Shown here: positions 28,318 to 37,783 of the stretch, piece after piece | Numbering within the stretch: the first letter of the stretch is position 1 | Layout: each line of letters begins with the position of its first letter | Origin: Clostridiales bacterium | GTDB taxonomy: Bacteria; Bacillota; Clostridia; Christensenellales; CAG-138 | Length of the DNA: 64,000 bases | NCBI GenBank assembly: GCA_012517905.1 | Contig: JAAYUE010000024.1 | Coordinates: 7,186 to 71,185, forward strand | Direction: 5' to 3' | Notes under the pieces: generated by a model | Told to the model about the DNA's origin: nothing | Database searches by the model: none | What the model saw: only the letters and a program-made list of their open reading frames with translations | Made by a program: the position numbers and the translations under genes

Positions 28318-31248
28318 ATGACAAATAGAATGAAGCACTGGAGAATGACGGCGCTGTTGCTCACGCTGGCGCTGGCGCTCCTCATTCCGGTCGCCGCGCT
28401 TGCCGAGGACGACGTGACGCCGCCGGATGCGGCGCTGTATTCGCCGACGGTGAACGCCGCCGTCTCCGATCATCAGAAGATCATCTTTTCGCTCAGCGAG
28501 CGCGTGACGCTGGCTAGCGACAAGCAGATTCAGGTCTCCGCGGGCGGAAACACCTATACGGCAAGCGCTTCGGACGGCAAACTGATCGGCAATTCCGCGG
28601 AAGGGCCGTGGTACGTCAGTTACGATCGTGACAAATTCGTCAACGGGACGGATCATCTGGCTCTGGCCGCGGGCACGACCTACGACGTGGTCGCCGAGGC
28701 GGGCGCGTTTCTCGACGCCGCCTCCAACCCGAGCGCGGCGCTTTCCGCATCGTTTGCCACCGCGGCGGGTGGGTCTGTCACAGACCCCGTCGCCGTGATT
28801 TACACCATTACCAACGCAAACCAAACCGTCGCTTCAGGCGGTTCCCCCGTGGCCAGCGGACAAGCCGTCGCAAACGGCGCGACACTGGTGTTTACCATTC
28901 CCGCGGACGGGAGCTATACGCTGGTCAAGACCGTAAAGGTCGGCGGCGTGGCGACGTCCGGCGTCGACCTTTCGAGCTATACGCTCACGGGCGATCTGGA
29001 AGTGTACTATGTTCGCACGGACGGCACGCTGACCGGCACGGCCACGATCTCCGGAAACGCGTACTTCGGCGGCGTGCTTTCCGGCGCGCTGACAGGGTCG
29101 AACCAGCCGGACACGGCGGGGATCACGTTTACCTGGGTGCGGCAGGACGGCGAAACGGACACCACGCTTATCAGCGGCGGCGTTACGACGACCTATACGC
29201 TCGTCGAAGCCGATATCGGCAAGATCATCCGCCTGGATGTGACGGATTCGACGCTGAGCGGCACGCTGACGGACTCGACCGCGGCGATTGCCAAGGCGCC
29301 GTATGCCGGCGATGTGACGAGCCCCGTCGTGGAGAGCACGACCGGCACGTCGATCACGCTGGCGACGGTCAGCGGCTATGAATACATGCGCTCGGGCGAG
29401 GCCTGGCAGGACAGCCCGACGTTTTCGGGCCTGACCACCGGCACGAGCTACGATTTCTATCAGCGCGTGAAGGAAACGTCGACCACGCTCGCCTCGGACG
29501 CGAGCGAGAAGACCGCCATCAGCACCCTGCCGATGCTGACCGGCACGGTTTCCTTCAGCGGCGCGGCGCAGTCCGGCGTGCCGCTCACCGGTTCGCTGAG
29601 CGGCTCCAACGCCTCCGGCACGATCGCCTACACCTGGCAGCGCGGCGGAACCGACATCGCAACCGGGGCGACGTATACGCCGGTTGCGGCGGACGTAGGG
29701 CAGACGCTCACGCTCGTCGTCACGACGGACGAGCAGAGCGGTTCCGTCAGCGGAACCACCTCCGCCGTGCTCAAGGCGGTGAACGCAAGCGTTCCCGCCG
29801 CGCCGACCATGGCGAGCGCGACGGCGACGAGCATCACGCTCAACACGGTCGCCGGATATCAGTATTCCCTCGGCGGCGTGTACTGGCAGGACACGACCAC
29901 GTTCCACAACCTCGTCGCGGGCGCGACGTATACCTTCTATCAGCGCGTTGCGGAGACGGACACGGTGTTTGCCTCCGCGCCGAGCGCCGGCGTGAACTTT
30001 TCCACGCTGCCCGCGCTGACCGGCACGATCATGTCCAACGGCGAGGCGCGCTATGGCATCACGATTCTCGTCAGCCTCGAAAGCTCCAACAACACCGGCA
30101 CGCTCACCTATACCTGGAAGCGCGGCACCGTCGTCGTCGGCACGGGTACGGCGTACGCCGTTCAGGCGGCGGATATCTCCAACCAGCTCACTGTCGAGGT
30201 GACGAGCTCCGTGCAGGGCGGCAGCGTCTCGCGTTCGTTCGGCACGGTGCAAAAGGCCTACTATGTCGGCGATGCGCCGGACGCGCCCACGCGCGCCAGC
30301 CGCACGACCACGAAGATCGTGCTCAACACGGTGGACGGCTGCGAATATTCGCGCGGCGGCACCACCTGGCAGGACAGCACGACGTTCAGCGGCCTGAGTT
30401 CCGGCACGAGCTATACGTTCTATCAGCGCTACAAGGCGACCGCCACGACGGAGGCTTCCGAAAAGAGCCCCGCTTACAAGACATCCACCTCGACCGCGTC
30501 GAGCTCGTCTTCGGACGATTCCTCCGCAACGCCGACGCCGAGCGCATCCGACAGCAGCGGCACTACGACGCTCTATACCTATACGCTCACGGACGACAAC
30601 ACGCGCATCCTCTACTCGACCATGAAGAGCCTTGCGGAAGGCAACAAGACGCAGGACGTCACGATCAAGCAGAGCAACGTGGAGATCACCTTCCCCAAGG
30701 GAACGATGACGGACACGTATACGCAGCTCTGGTATGACTTCGGCACCACGATCAACAACTCCATCGCCGAGCAGACGGCAAAGCAGCTCGCGGGAGACGC
30801 GTATGTGGCGACCATCCACTTCAACTACAGCGGCGAACTGCCGGGCGAGGCGAATATCCGCTTCTGGCTCGGCGCGGCGCACGCGGGCAAGACGCTCTAC
30901 TATTACCGCCTGGAGGACGACAACACGCTCACTTTCGTGCAGACGGCGGTGGTGGACAGCACAGGCTGGGTCGGCGTGACGCAGACGCACTGTTCGGACT
31001 ATGTCTTCCTCAGCAGCGACTACGCAACCCTCGGCACCTCGCCCTCGCCTTCGGCGGATATGACTGCGACACCGCTGCCGACGCCGACGTCCTCGCCGGA
31101 ACAGGCCTCGGGCGGGTTCCTGCAGGACGGCTGGTTCATCGCGGCGATCGTGCTCATCGCCGTCGCGCTGATCGTCGGCGGCATCTGGCTCTATACGAAA
31201 AACCGCGACGAGCAGCGGGATGACGACGACGATGAATTCCTGACCTGA
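28318..31248 (+). CDS. Large Thr/Ser-rich surface protein: signal peptide, three Ig-like+FN3-like repeats, C-terminal TM anchor
   Basis: RBS AAGGAG; signal ending ALA-ED; repeats LTGT...W.R...AD.G / GY.Y...WQD..TF..L..G..Y.FYQR starting 29026, 29533, 30013; TM WFIAAIVLIAVALIVGGIWLY. Confidence 0.9.
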   Translation: MTNRMKHWRMTALLLTLALALLIPVAALAEDDVTPPDAALYSPTVNAAVSDHQKIIFSLSERVTLASDKQIQVSAGGNTYTASASDGKLIGNSAEGPWYVSYDRDKFVNGTDHLALAAGTTYDVVAEAGAFLDAASNPSAALSASFATAAGGSVTDPVAVIYTITNANQTVASGGSPVASGQAVANGATLVFTIPADGSYTLVKTVKVGGVATSGVDLSSYTLTGDLEVYYVRTDGTLTGTATISGNAYFGGVLSGALTGSNQPDTAGITFTWVRQDGETDTTLISGGVTTTYTLVEADIGKIIRLDVTDSTLSGTLTDSTAAIAKAPYAGDVTSPVVESTTGTSITLATVSGYEYMRSGEAWQDSPTFSGLTTGTSYDFYQRVKETSTTLASDASEKTAISTLPMLTGTVSFSGAAQSGVPLTGSLSGSNASGTIAYTWQRGGTDIATGATYTPVAADVGQTLTLVVTTDEQSGSVSGTTSAVLKAVNASVPAAPTMASATATSITLNTVAGYQYSLGGVYWQDTTTFHNLVAGATYTFYQRVAETDTVFASAPSAGVNFSTLPALTGTIMSNGEARYGITILVSLESSNNTGTLTYTWKRGTVVVGTGTAYAVQAADISNQLTVEVTSSVQGGSVSRSFGTVQKAYYVGDAPDAPTRASRTTTKIVLNTVDGCEYSRGGTTWQDSTTFSGLSSGTSYTFYQRYKATATTEASEKSPAYKTSTSTASSSSSDDSSATPTPSASDSSGTTTLYTYTLTDDNTRILYSTMKSLAEGNKTQDVTIKQSNVEITFPKGTMTDTYTQLWYDFGTTINNSIAEQTAKQLAGDAYVATIHFNYSGELPGEANIRFWLGAAHAGKTLYYYRLEDDNTLTFVQTAVVDSTGWVGVTQTHCSDYVFLSSDYATLGTSPSPSADMTATPLPTPTSSPEQASGGFLQDGWFIAAIVLIAVALIVGGIWLYTKNRDEQRDDDDDEFLT

Positions 31249-31279
31249 TCCGCTTTTCGCGCAGCAAAATGACACAGAG

Positions 31280-31315
31280 AAAACCCGCTCCGGCATTTGC
31301 CGGAGCGGGCTTTCT
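31280..31315 (+). terminator. Intrinsic terminator
   Basis: CCCGCTCCGGCA-tt-TGCCGGAGCGGG then T-rich tail. Confidence 0.75.
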
Positions 31316-31422
31316 TATGCGCCGCCGGCCGGATTTTACCTGTACGCCGCCGCGGCGGGAGCGTATAATAAACGGGAATATGAGGATAATCCGCAATGCG
31401 GCGGAGAAAGGATGGACGAGGC

Positions 31423-32307
31423 ATGGAAGAAAAGAGGACGCCGGAATTGGAGAAAATGCTGCTGAAGATGCAAAAAGACGAACTGACCGGCAGCATTCTC
31501 TATGGAAGGATCGCCGCGCGGCAGAAGGACGCGAACAATAAAAAGGTATTCGAGGAAATCTCCCGCGCGGAGCGGGCGCACTACGAAACGTGGAAATCGT
31601 ATACCGGACGGGACGTCGCGCCCAACCGCGGACGCATCGTGCTGTTTCTGGCGCTGAGCCGCCTGCTCGGCATCACGTTTACGATCAAGTTTTTCGAAAA
31701 AGGCGAGGATACGGGAATCACGGACCTTCGCTATGTCGAAGAGCAGCTGCCCGAGGCGAAGGGGATCATCGCCGAGGAAGAGGCGCACGAAAACACGCTG
31801 ATGGGCATGATCGACGAGGAGCGTCTGCATTACGTCGGCTCCATCGTGCTGGGCCTCAACGACGCGCTCGTGGAGCTGACCGGCACCATCGCGGGGTTGA
31901 CCTTCGCGCTGGCGAACAACCGCCTTGTCGCGCTCTCCGGCATCATTACGGGCGTTTCGGCGACGCTCTCCATGGCCGCGAGCAACTATCTGGCCCAGCG
32001 CGCGGACGGAAACAGCAAGGCGCTCAAGTCCAGCGCGTACACCGGCGTGGCGTATCTGATTACGGTCGTGGTCATCGTGCTGCCGTATCTGCTGCTGCCG
32101 AACAGCTGGTACGTCGCCGCGTTCGCCATCATGATCACGGCGGTGGTGCTCATCATCCTGTCGTTCAACTACTATGTCTCCGTGGCGCAGGACTTGCCGT
32201 TCTGGCGGCGCTTTGGGGAGATGGTGCTCATCAGCCTCGGCGTCGCGGCGCTTTCGTTCGTCATCGGCCTTGCGGCCAAGCGCCTGCTCGGCGTCAGCGT
32301 CGGCTGA
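31423..32307 (+). CDS. Rubrerythrin/ferritin-like domain fused to VIT1/CCC1 transporter (MbfA-like)
   Basis: ExxH motifs (AERAH, EEEAHE); VLGLNDALVELTG, SMAASNYL. Confidence 0.9.
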   Translation: MEEKRTPELEKMLLKMQKDELTGSILYGRIAARQKDANNKKVFEEISRAERAHYETWKSYTGRDVAPNRGRIVLFLALSRLLGITFTIKFFEKGEDTGITDLRYVEEQLPEAKGIIAEEEAHENTLMGMIDEERLHYVGSIVLGLNDALVELTGTIAGLTFALANNRLVALSGIITGVSATLSMAASNYLAQRADGNSKALKSSAYTGVAYLITVVVIVLPYLLLPNSWYVAAFAIMITAVVLIILSFNYYVSVAQDLPFWRRFGEMVLISLGVAALSFVIGLAAKRLLGVSVG

Positions 32308-32357
32308 GCGTGATAGGTTGAAGACGGAAATCGAATCGTATCGGGGGGAAATTGTCT

Positions 32358-33002
32358 ATGAAGCAAAAAAAGCCGTTGATCCAGTGGCTCGGCCTGCTCG
32401 GGCTGGTCAGCCTGCTTTCCTACACGGCGGCGGTCGCGTTCTCGCCGCTGGCATATCCGGGCTATGTCTGGACGCAGCAGGCGGTCAGCGATCTTTCCGC
32501 CGCAAACGCGCCGTCGCGCCAGCTCTGGGGACAGCTGTCGAGCCTCTATAGCCTCTGCGGCATTGTCAGCGTCATGATGGTCTGCGTGTTTGTGCAGGGC
32601 AGGCTGAACCGGACGCTGCGCCTCGGCGCATATCTCTTTGCGGCGATGAACTGGGTTTCCGCCGCAGGCTACGCGAGCTTTCCGCTCACGGACAGCGGCT
32701 ATGCGGGCGCGTTTCAGGACGTGATGCATATGGTGGTCACCGCGGGCGTGGTGGGGCTTTCAATTCTGTCGCTCGTGTTTTTCATCATCTGCGGCCTGCG
32801 CAAAAAGGCGTATGTCTCGCTGGGGGTCGTCGCGCTTGTCGCGCTGGTCATCATGTTTGCCGGTCCGGTCGGCATCGGCCTTGCGCCAAAGAGCCTGTTT
32901 GGCGTCTTCGAACGCTTCAGCGTATTCGCCGCGACGGGGTTCAATGCGGCGCTGGGGTTGTACCTCTTTGCCGGATTCAGGGGATACCGGGCGCAGGAGT
33001 AA
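32358..33002 (+). CDS. DUF998-like membrane protein
   Basis: YPGYVWTQQAVSDLSA, DVMH, GVFERF. Confidence 0.82.
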   Translation: MKQKKPLIQWLGLLGLVSLLSYTAAVAFSPLAYPGYVWTQQAVSDLSAANAPSRQLWGQLSSLYSLCGIVSVMMVCVFVQGRLNRTLRLGAYLFAAMNWVSAAGYASFPLTDSGYAGAFQDVMHMVVTAGVVGLSILSLVFFIICGLRKKAYVSLGVVALVALVIMFAGPVGIGLAPKSLFGVFERFSVFAATGFNAALGLYLFAGFRGYRAQE

Positions 33003-33013
33003 CGGACTTGCGC

Positions 33014-33050
33014 ACAAAAAAACGCGGTGTTTCTGCGCCGCGTTTTTTGT
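33014..33050. terminator. Bidirectional terminator
   Basis: ACAAAAAAACGCGGTG...CGCCGCGTTTTTTGT. Confidence 0.85.
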
Positions 33051-33058
33051 TGCTTTTC

Positions 33059-34507
33059 TTACAGACTGTCTCCAAAGTCCTCGCGGAACTTGGCGACGAG
33101 CTTTTCCTGCCAGTTCCCGATCGGTTCCAGCCGCCCGAAGAAGAAGCGCAGCGTCGCGGGCTCTTCCACGAAGTTCAGACCGCCGACGAGCTTGCGGTTT
33201 TCATACAGCCAGCTGATGCGGTCCACCGCGTAGAGCACCTGGCTCATGGTGAACACCCGCCTTGGCAGCGCAAGGCGCAGCAGCTCCATGCTCGCGATGG
33301 GCTCCGTGCCGTCCGGCTCGCGCTGTTCGGAGAGCGTGCCGCGCTCCATGCCGCGCACGCCGCCCGCGATGTAGACCGCCGTTGCGAGCGCCGCCGCGGG
33401 ATAGGCGTGATCGTCGATGTGCGAGAGGAACTTTCTGGCGTTGACGTGGCAGCCGAGGCCGCCCGCGGGGGTGACGACGGGTACGCCGCGCTTGATCAGT
33501 TCATTCGCCATGAACTCGATGAACTGCGGCCCCTGAGAGATGACGGTTTCGTCCATCGTTTCGTCGAGGCCGACGGTCATGGCCTCCATCTCGCGCACGC
33601 TCATGCCGCCGTAGGTCAGGAACCCTTCGAACAGCGGGATGAAATCCTTCATGCGCTCGTAATATTCTTTGCTGTTCATCGCAATGCCGCCGCCGCGCGC
33701 AAAGCCCAGCTTGCGGGCGGAGAAGTAGATGATATCCGCGTTTTCGCAGAGCGCGCGCGTGATTTCGCGGATGCTCATGTCCCTGCAGGCGGCTTCGCGC
33801 GTCTTGATGAAGTACAGATTGTCCTGTAAAAGGCTGGTGTCGAATACGATCGGGATGCCGTGCTCGTGTGCGAGCTTCGCCGTCGCGGTCATATTTTCCA
33901 GAGAAAACGGCTGGCCGCCGATGAGGTTTGTGCCCGCTTCGAGGCGGATAAACGGGATGTTTGCCGCGCCGTTTCGCGCGATGCACTCCCTGAGCTTGTC
34001 GAGGTCGATGTTGCCCTTAAAGAGACAGTCGCTCTCGGGTTTGAGCCCCTCGTCGATGACGAGCTCCTCCACCCGCCCGCCGACGCGCGTGATATGCGCT
34101 TTGCTGGTGGTGAAGTGAAAGTTCATCGGAATAACGTTCCCCGGCTTGACGAACGCCTCGGCAAGGATGCTTTCGCAGGCGCGGCCCTGGTGCGCCGGAA
34201 GGAAATAGGAGGTTCCGAAGAGCTCGCAGACCTTCTGCTCAAGCCGGTAATAGGTGGCGCTGCCCGCATAGCTGTCGTCGGCGACCATCATGGCGGCGAC
34301 CTGCCGGTCGCTCATGGCGTTGACGCCGCTGTCGGTGAGCATGTCCAGATACACGTCCTCGTTTCTCAATAGAAACGTGTTGTTGCCTGCGGCGGCCATC
34401 GCCTTCTGGCGCTCCTCCACCGGCAGAAGGTTCAGCTTCTGCACCACGCGCACCTTGTGCATTTCGAGCGGGAGCTTTACCCCCGAGTACAGTTTGACTT
34501 CGCTCAT
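33059..34507 (-). CDS. tpl: Tryptophanase/tyrosine phenol-lyase family PLP beta-eliminating lyase with TPL-type active-site residues
   Basis: DMLTDSG, DDSYAGS, HQGRA, NFHFTT, SARK (PLP Lys), EGFLTYGG, MERG, RLALPRR, LRFF; family certain, substrate inferred. Confidence 0.85.
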   Translation of the reverse strand: MSEVKLYSGVKLPLEMHKVRVVQKLNLLPVEERQKAMAAAGNNTFLLRNEDVYLDMLTDSGVNAMSDRQVAAMMVADDSYAGSATYYRLEQKVCELFGTSYFLPAHQGRACESILAEAFVKPGNVIPMNFHFTTSKAHITRVGGRVEELVIDEGLKPESDCLFKGNIDLDKLRECIARNGAANIPFIRLEAGTNLIGGQPFSLENMTATAKLAHEHGIPIVFDTSLLQDNLYFIKTREAACRDMSIREITRALCENADIIYFSARKLGFARGGGIAMNSKEYYERMKDFIPLFEGFLTYGGMSVREMEAMTVGLDETMDETVISQGPQFIEFMANELIKRGVPVVTPAGGLGCHVNARKFLSHIDDHAYPAAALATAVYIAGGVRGMERGTLSEQREPDGTEPIASMELLRLALPRRVFTMSQVLYAVDRISWLYENRKLVGGLNFVEEPATLRFFFGRLEPIGNWQEKLVAKFREDFGDSL

Positions 34508-34633
34508 GCCTTGTCGTTCCTCCGATTTTTCTTCTCTTTTTTATTTTGAAACACTGCTTAGTACTGTTTTGTTCTGAACGTCTGCGCGTAGAATGTCTGC
34601 CTGAAGAGAGCGCCGCTTTGTTCGGCGAGGCAT

Positions 34634-34946
34634 AAAAAAACGCCTCCTGCATTGCTGCAAGAGGGCGATTGTTCGTTCGCGGTACCACCTCGGTTCGCCG
34701 CGCCCTTGCGGACGGCGGCCTTGTCGGGTACGGACGCACCGGCGCCGATACCCTGCCGCGGATAACGGGGGAGGCGTCCCCGGCATACCCTACTGAACAC
34801 GCGGATGCGTCCTGTTCGGGCGGCGGCTGGTTGCGTGTATTCGCGGGTGTTCCCGTCTGCCTTGCACCATCCGGCAGCTCTCTGGCGGGACCGGTGCGGG
34901 CGCAAGAAACGCGCGCTTCCCGTTACTCTTTCGCAGTCATCGCCTG
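34634..34946 (-). ncRNA. T-box riboswitch (transcriptional), specifier UAC = Tyr
   Basis: Minus strand: GA motif (GCGATGA 34943-34937), AGTA, AG bulge AGAGAG (34883-34878), GGTGCAA loop, specifier loop GAA-UAC-A (UAC 34839-34837), F-box CCGTTA (34768-34763), T-box AGGTGGTACCGCG (34690-34678), terminator plus U7 (34667-34634). Confidence 0.93.
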
Positions 34947-34967
34947 TTCGATATACGACTATTATGC

Positions 34968-34997
34968 AGTATAAAATAATAGATAATATATTGTCAA
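34968..34997 (-). promoter_or_regulatory. SigA promoter of the T-box leader
   Basis: TTGACA-18-TATACT. Confidence 0.75.
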
Positions 34998-35086
34998 GAG
35001 GAAACGAACGGCAAAGGACCGCGGAGTTCAGGAAAAATCGGTCCGGTTTTGGAATTTTCTGTGGCGAAAAGTTCACGAAATGTTCT

Positions 35087-35115
35087 TTGCACTCTCCCGA
35101 CGCGGGTTGTATAAT
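35087..35115 (+). promoter_or_regulatory. SigA promoter
   Basis: TTGCAC-17-TATAAT. Confidence 0.7.
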
Positions 35116-35184
35116 GGTTGCGTTATATTGGATGGACTATGCAAACAGGAATCATGCTCGCTTCAGAATGGAGGAAGTGGATGG

Positions 35185-37341
35185 ATGGTATGCAAAGAAT
35201 GCGGCTCTTACAACGCTGAAAACCTGAGCGTATGCAAGGTTTGCGGCGCAAAGCTGCGGGATGACGATATGGGCGCCGGCAGCGCGCAGGCGGCGAATTC
35301 CGCCGAGGACGGCAAGCCCTCGCGCGATTTTGTCAAGGCGCCTTCCTGGCCGAAGAGCGCTTACAGCGGCGCGCCGGAGACGACGATCAGCTCGTCCTCC
35401 GTCGAAGCGCCCGCTTCTTCGGGCGCGTTCCGCCCGACGATTCCGCCGCGCGCCGCGGCGAGCGCATCCGCCGCGACCTGCCCGCACTGCGGCAAGCCGC
35501 TGCTTTCGGACGCGCCGTTTTGCGCCTATTGCGGCCAGCGTGTCGACGAAGAGCCCGAGGCGGCCAGCGCTGTCGCAAGCGCGCGTCCCGCCGCGCAGCA
35601 GCAGCCCGCGCGCGGCACCTACGCCGACTACGATTTTGAAGACGAAGAAGAGGGCGAATTCGACGACGAGGAAGACGAGGCGTACCAGCCACCCAAGCAG
35701 ACCAAGCGCGGCGGCAAACTCGCGCGCCGTGAAGCCGAAGACCTCGACGAATACGACGACGAATACGACGAAGAAGAATACGACGACATGCCGCACAAGC
35801 GCGGCAAGGGCACGACCATCATCTTCTGGGGTCTGATCGCGCTGCTGCTTGCGCTCATCGCGATTTTCGGCATGTATATCGCCAAGAAGAATTTCGACGG
35901 CGACATCGGCAAGATGTTCGCCTCCATCGGCAGCGTGTTCAACAAAAACGGCTCCGAGGACGTCAACGCCGACGACCCGGGCAGTTCGACCGATTCGGAG
36001 AGCCAGATGTATACGGCGACCATCACCGAGTCCACCGACCAGAGCACGGGCGAGGTCTGGTACGACATCGACATCGCCGCGCCGACGGGCAGCGCCATCC
36101 GCGTCATCACGGACGCGACGCTGACGAACGATACGGCGACCGTTGCGGCGAACAACCGCATCATCCTCCACATCGCGCGGGACGTGTTCATGCCCAACGC
36201 GCCAGTGGACAACGAGGTCGTCACCATCACGCCGAACATCCAGGTGATTTCGCCGGACGGCACGACCACGCAGCTCACGGTTCCGGAGATTACGGTCACC
36301 GTTCCGACGCTTTCCATGAGCGTGACCGAGCCCGCGACGGACGTCGTCAACGCAACGGTTGACAACAGCCCGATCGCCATCATGGGCCAGGTGAACGACT
36401 ACGACGGCGAGATCGCCGTGTTTGTCAACGACGAACAGGTCTATGTGGACAGCACGGGACTCTTTACCGCGAGCTATACGCCGAAGGCGACCACGAGCGT
36501 GGTCACCGCGCCGACGGCGACGCCGGAGACGACGGCCGATCCCAATGCGACGACGGATCCCAACGCAACGCCGGATCCCAACGCAACGCCGGATCCCAAC
36601 GCGACGGAAGAGCCGGAAACCACCGTCGATGAACCCGCTGTGGACGACACCGCCATTTCGAGCGGCGGCACCGAGACCATCACCATCGAGGCGCGCAAGA
36701 ACAACTGTGTGACCGCGCGGAAGGTCATCACCGTCGAACCGTACGTCGTGCAGACCATGTCCTTTACGCTGAACAACGACACCACGAGCCTCTCCTCCGA
36801 GGAAGGCACCGTGACGCTCACCGGCACCGTGACGCCGGGCGCCGTGGTTACGGCGACAAGCCCGTCTTCCGACGTTACGTTCGGCCAGGCGACCGTGTCC
36901 GAGACGGGCACGTTTACGCTGGTCGTCTCCGTCGCCAAGGTCGGCGCGTTCGACGTCAGCCTCGTCGGCAAGCTGGAAGGCTATTACGACGGAACCGCGA
37001 CCGCCGTCGTGGAGCGTCCGCCGTCGGTCTCCTCGAGCGCGTTTAAGAAGGCCGCGCTCGACCTTGCCAAGAACTATGAAAAGATCACCTCCGGCGCGAC
37101 CACGAGCGGGGACTTCGTCTTTACCGGAAAGGTGACGGAGATCATCGCCGCCGATCCGTATACGATCTTCCGTGTGCAGATTTCGGAGGGCGTGGAGGTC
37201 ATCGTTGTCAACCGCAGCGCGAAGTCCACGATCAACTCCGCCGATCTGAAGGAAAAGAAGCAGATCGCGGGTACGCTCAAGGGGCTTTACACCGACGGCA
37301 CCACCCCGTATGTCTGGGGCTGGTTCATTTGGAACAAATAG
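35185..37341 (+). CDS. Bitopic membrane protein: two Zn ribbons, acidic linker, TM, extracellular Ig-like domains
   Basis: CKECG...CKVCG and CPHCG...CAYCG; D/E tract; TM IIFWGLIALLLALIAIFGMYI; Thr/Val-rich beta region. Confidence 0.88.
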   Translation: MVCKECGSYNAENLSVCKVCGAKLRDDDMGAGSAQAANSAEDGKPSRDFVKAPSWPKSAYSGAPETTISSSSVEAPASSGAFRPTIPPRAAASASAATCPHCGKPLLSDAPFCAYCGQRVDEEPEAASAVASARPAAQQQPARGTYADYDFEDEEEGEFDDEEDEAYQPPKQTKRGGKLARREAEDLDEYDDEYDEEEYDDMPHKRGKGTTIIFWGLIALLLALIAIFGMYIAKKNFDGDIGKMFASIGSVFNKNGSEDVNADDPGSSTDSESQMYTATITESTDQSTGEVWYDIDIAAPTGSAIRVITDATLTNDTATVAANNRIILHIARDVFMPNAPVDNEVVTITPNIQVISPDGTTTQLTVPEITVTVPTLSMSVTEPATDVVNATVDNSPIAIMGQVNDYDGEIAVFVNDEQVYVDSTGLFTASYTPKATTSVVTAPTATPETTADPNATTDPNATPDPNATPDPNATEEPETTVDEPAVDDTAISSGGTETITIEARKNNCVTARKVITVEPYVVQTMSFTLNNDTTSLSSEEGTVTLTGTVTPGAVVTATSPSSDVTFGQATVSETGTFTLVVSVAKVGAFDVSLVGKLEGYYDGTATAVVERPPSVSSSAFKKAALDLAKNYEKITSGATTSGDFVFTGKVTEIIAADPYTIFRVQISEGVEVIVVNRSAKSTINSADLKEKKQIAGTLKGLYTDGTTPYVWGWFIWNK
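36538..36609 (+). repeat. 18-bp coding tandem repeat x4 (DPNAT[T/P/E])
   Basis: GATCCCAA(T/C)GC(G/A)ACG units at 36538, 36556, 36574, 36592. Confidence 0.95.
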
Positions 37342-37344
37342 CGC

Positions 37345-37641
37345 GTGAAGATCTGGGCCAAGGTAATCAAACATCATAAGATCGTCGCCGAGGCCGTGCG
37401 GGATTTCCCCGCGCGGCCTTCGGATGCAGAGGGCTGGAATCCCGTTTTGACGGAGCTGGCCAAGCCGCTTGACCTTGCCAGCCCCGTGCTGCTGAAAAAG
37501 CACGTGGAGGAGCTCGCCCGGTTTTCGCGCACGGTGTTTTCTCCCGCGGATTTCATCGAGAGCGTGTCCTTCGACCGCTTTGAACTCGAGATTTTCCCCG
37601 AGAAGAAGAAAACCGTGGAATATATCTACGGAGAAGACTGA
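37345..37641 (+). CDS. Small hypothetical protein
   Basis: GTG start 3 nt after the upstream stop; KIWAKVIK, LDLASPV, FIESVSFDRFELEI; host codon usage. Confidence 0.8.
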   Translation: MKIWAKVIKHHKIVAEAVRDFPARPSDAEGWNPVLTELAKPLDLASPVLLKKHVEELARFSRTVFSPADFIESVSFDRFELEIFPEKKKTVEYIYGED

Positions 37642-37671
37642 TCGCTTCGACAGGGCCGTCTTTTTCAAAAA

Positions 37672-37759
37672 AAAACGGGCGTTGCGGAGCGAAAGCACGA
37701 AGCAGAACGGACATTAAAACGGGTGTTGCTGAGCGAAAGCATGAAGCAGAACAGACATT
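37672..37759 (+). repeat. Two tandem 44-bp structured repeats (40/44 identical)
   Basis: Units 37672-37715 and 37716-37759, each with a GC-GAAA-GC core. Confidence 0.92.
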
Positions 37760-37783
37760 GATTGCAGTCAGGAGGGCATGAGC

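Noticed and set aside
37672-37759. CRISPR array or hammerhead ribozyme
   Set aside because: Only two abutting units with no spacer and no cas genes; no CUGAnGA core
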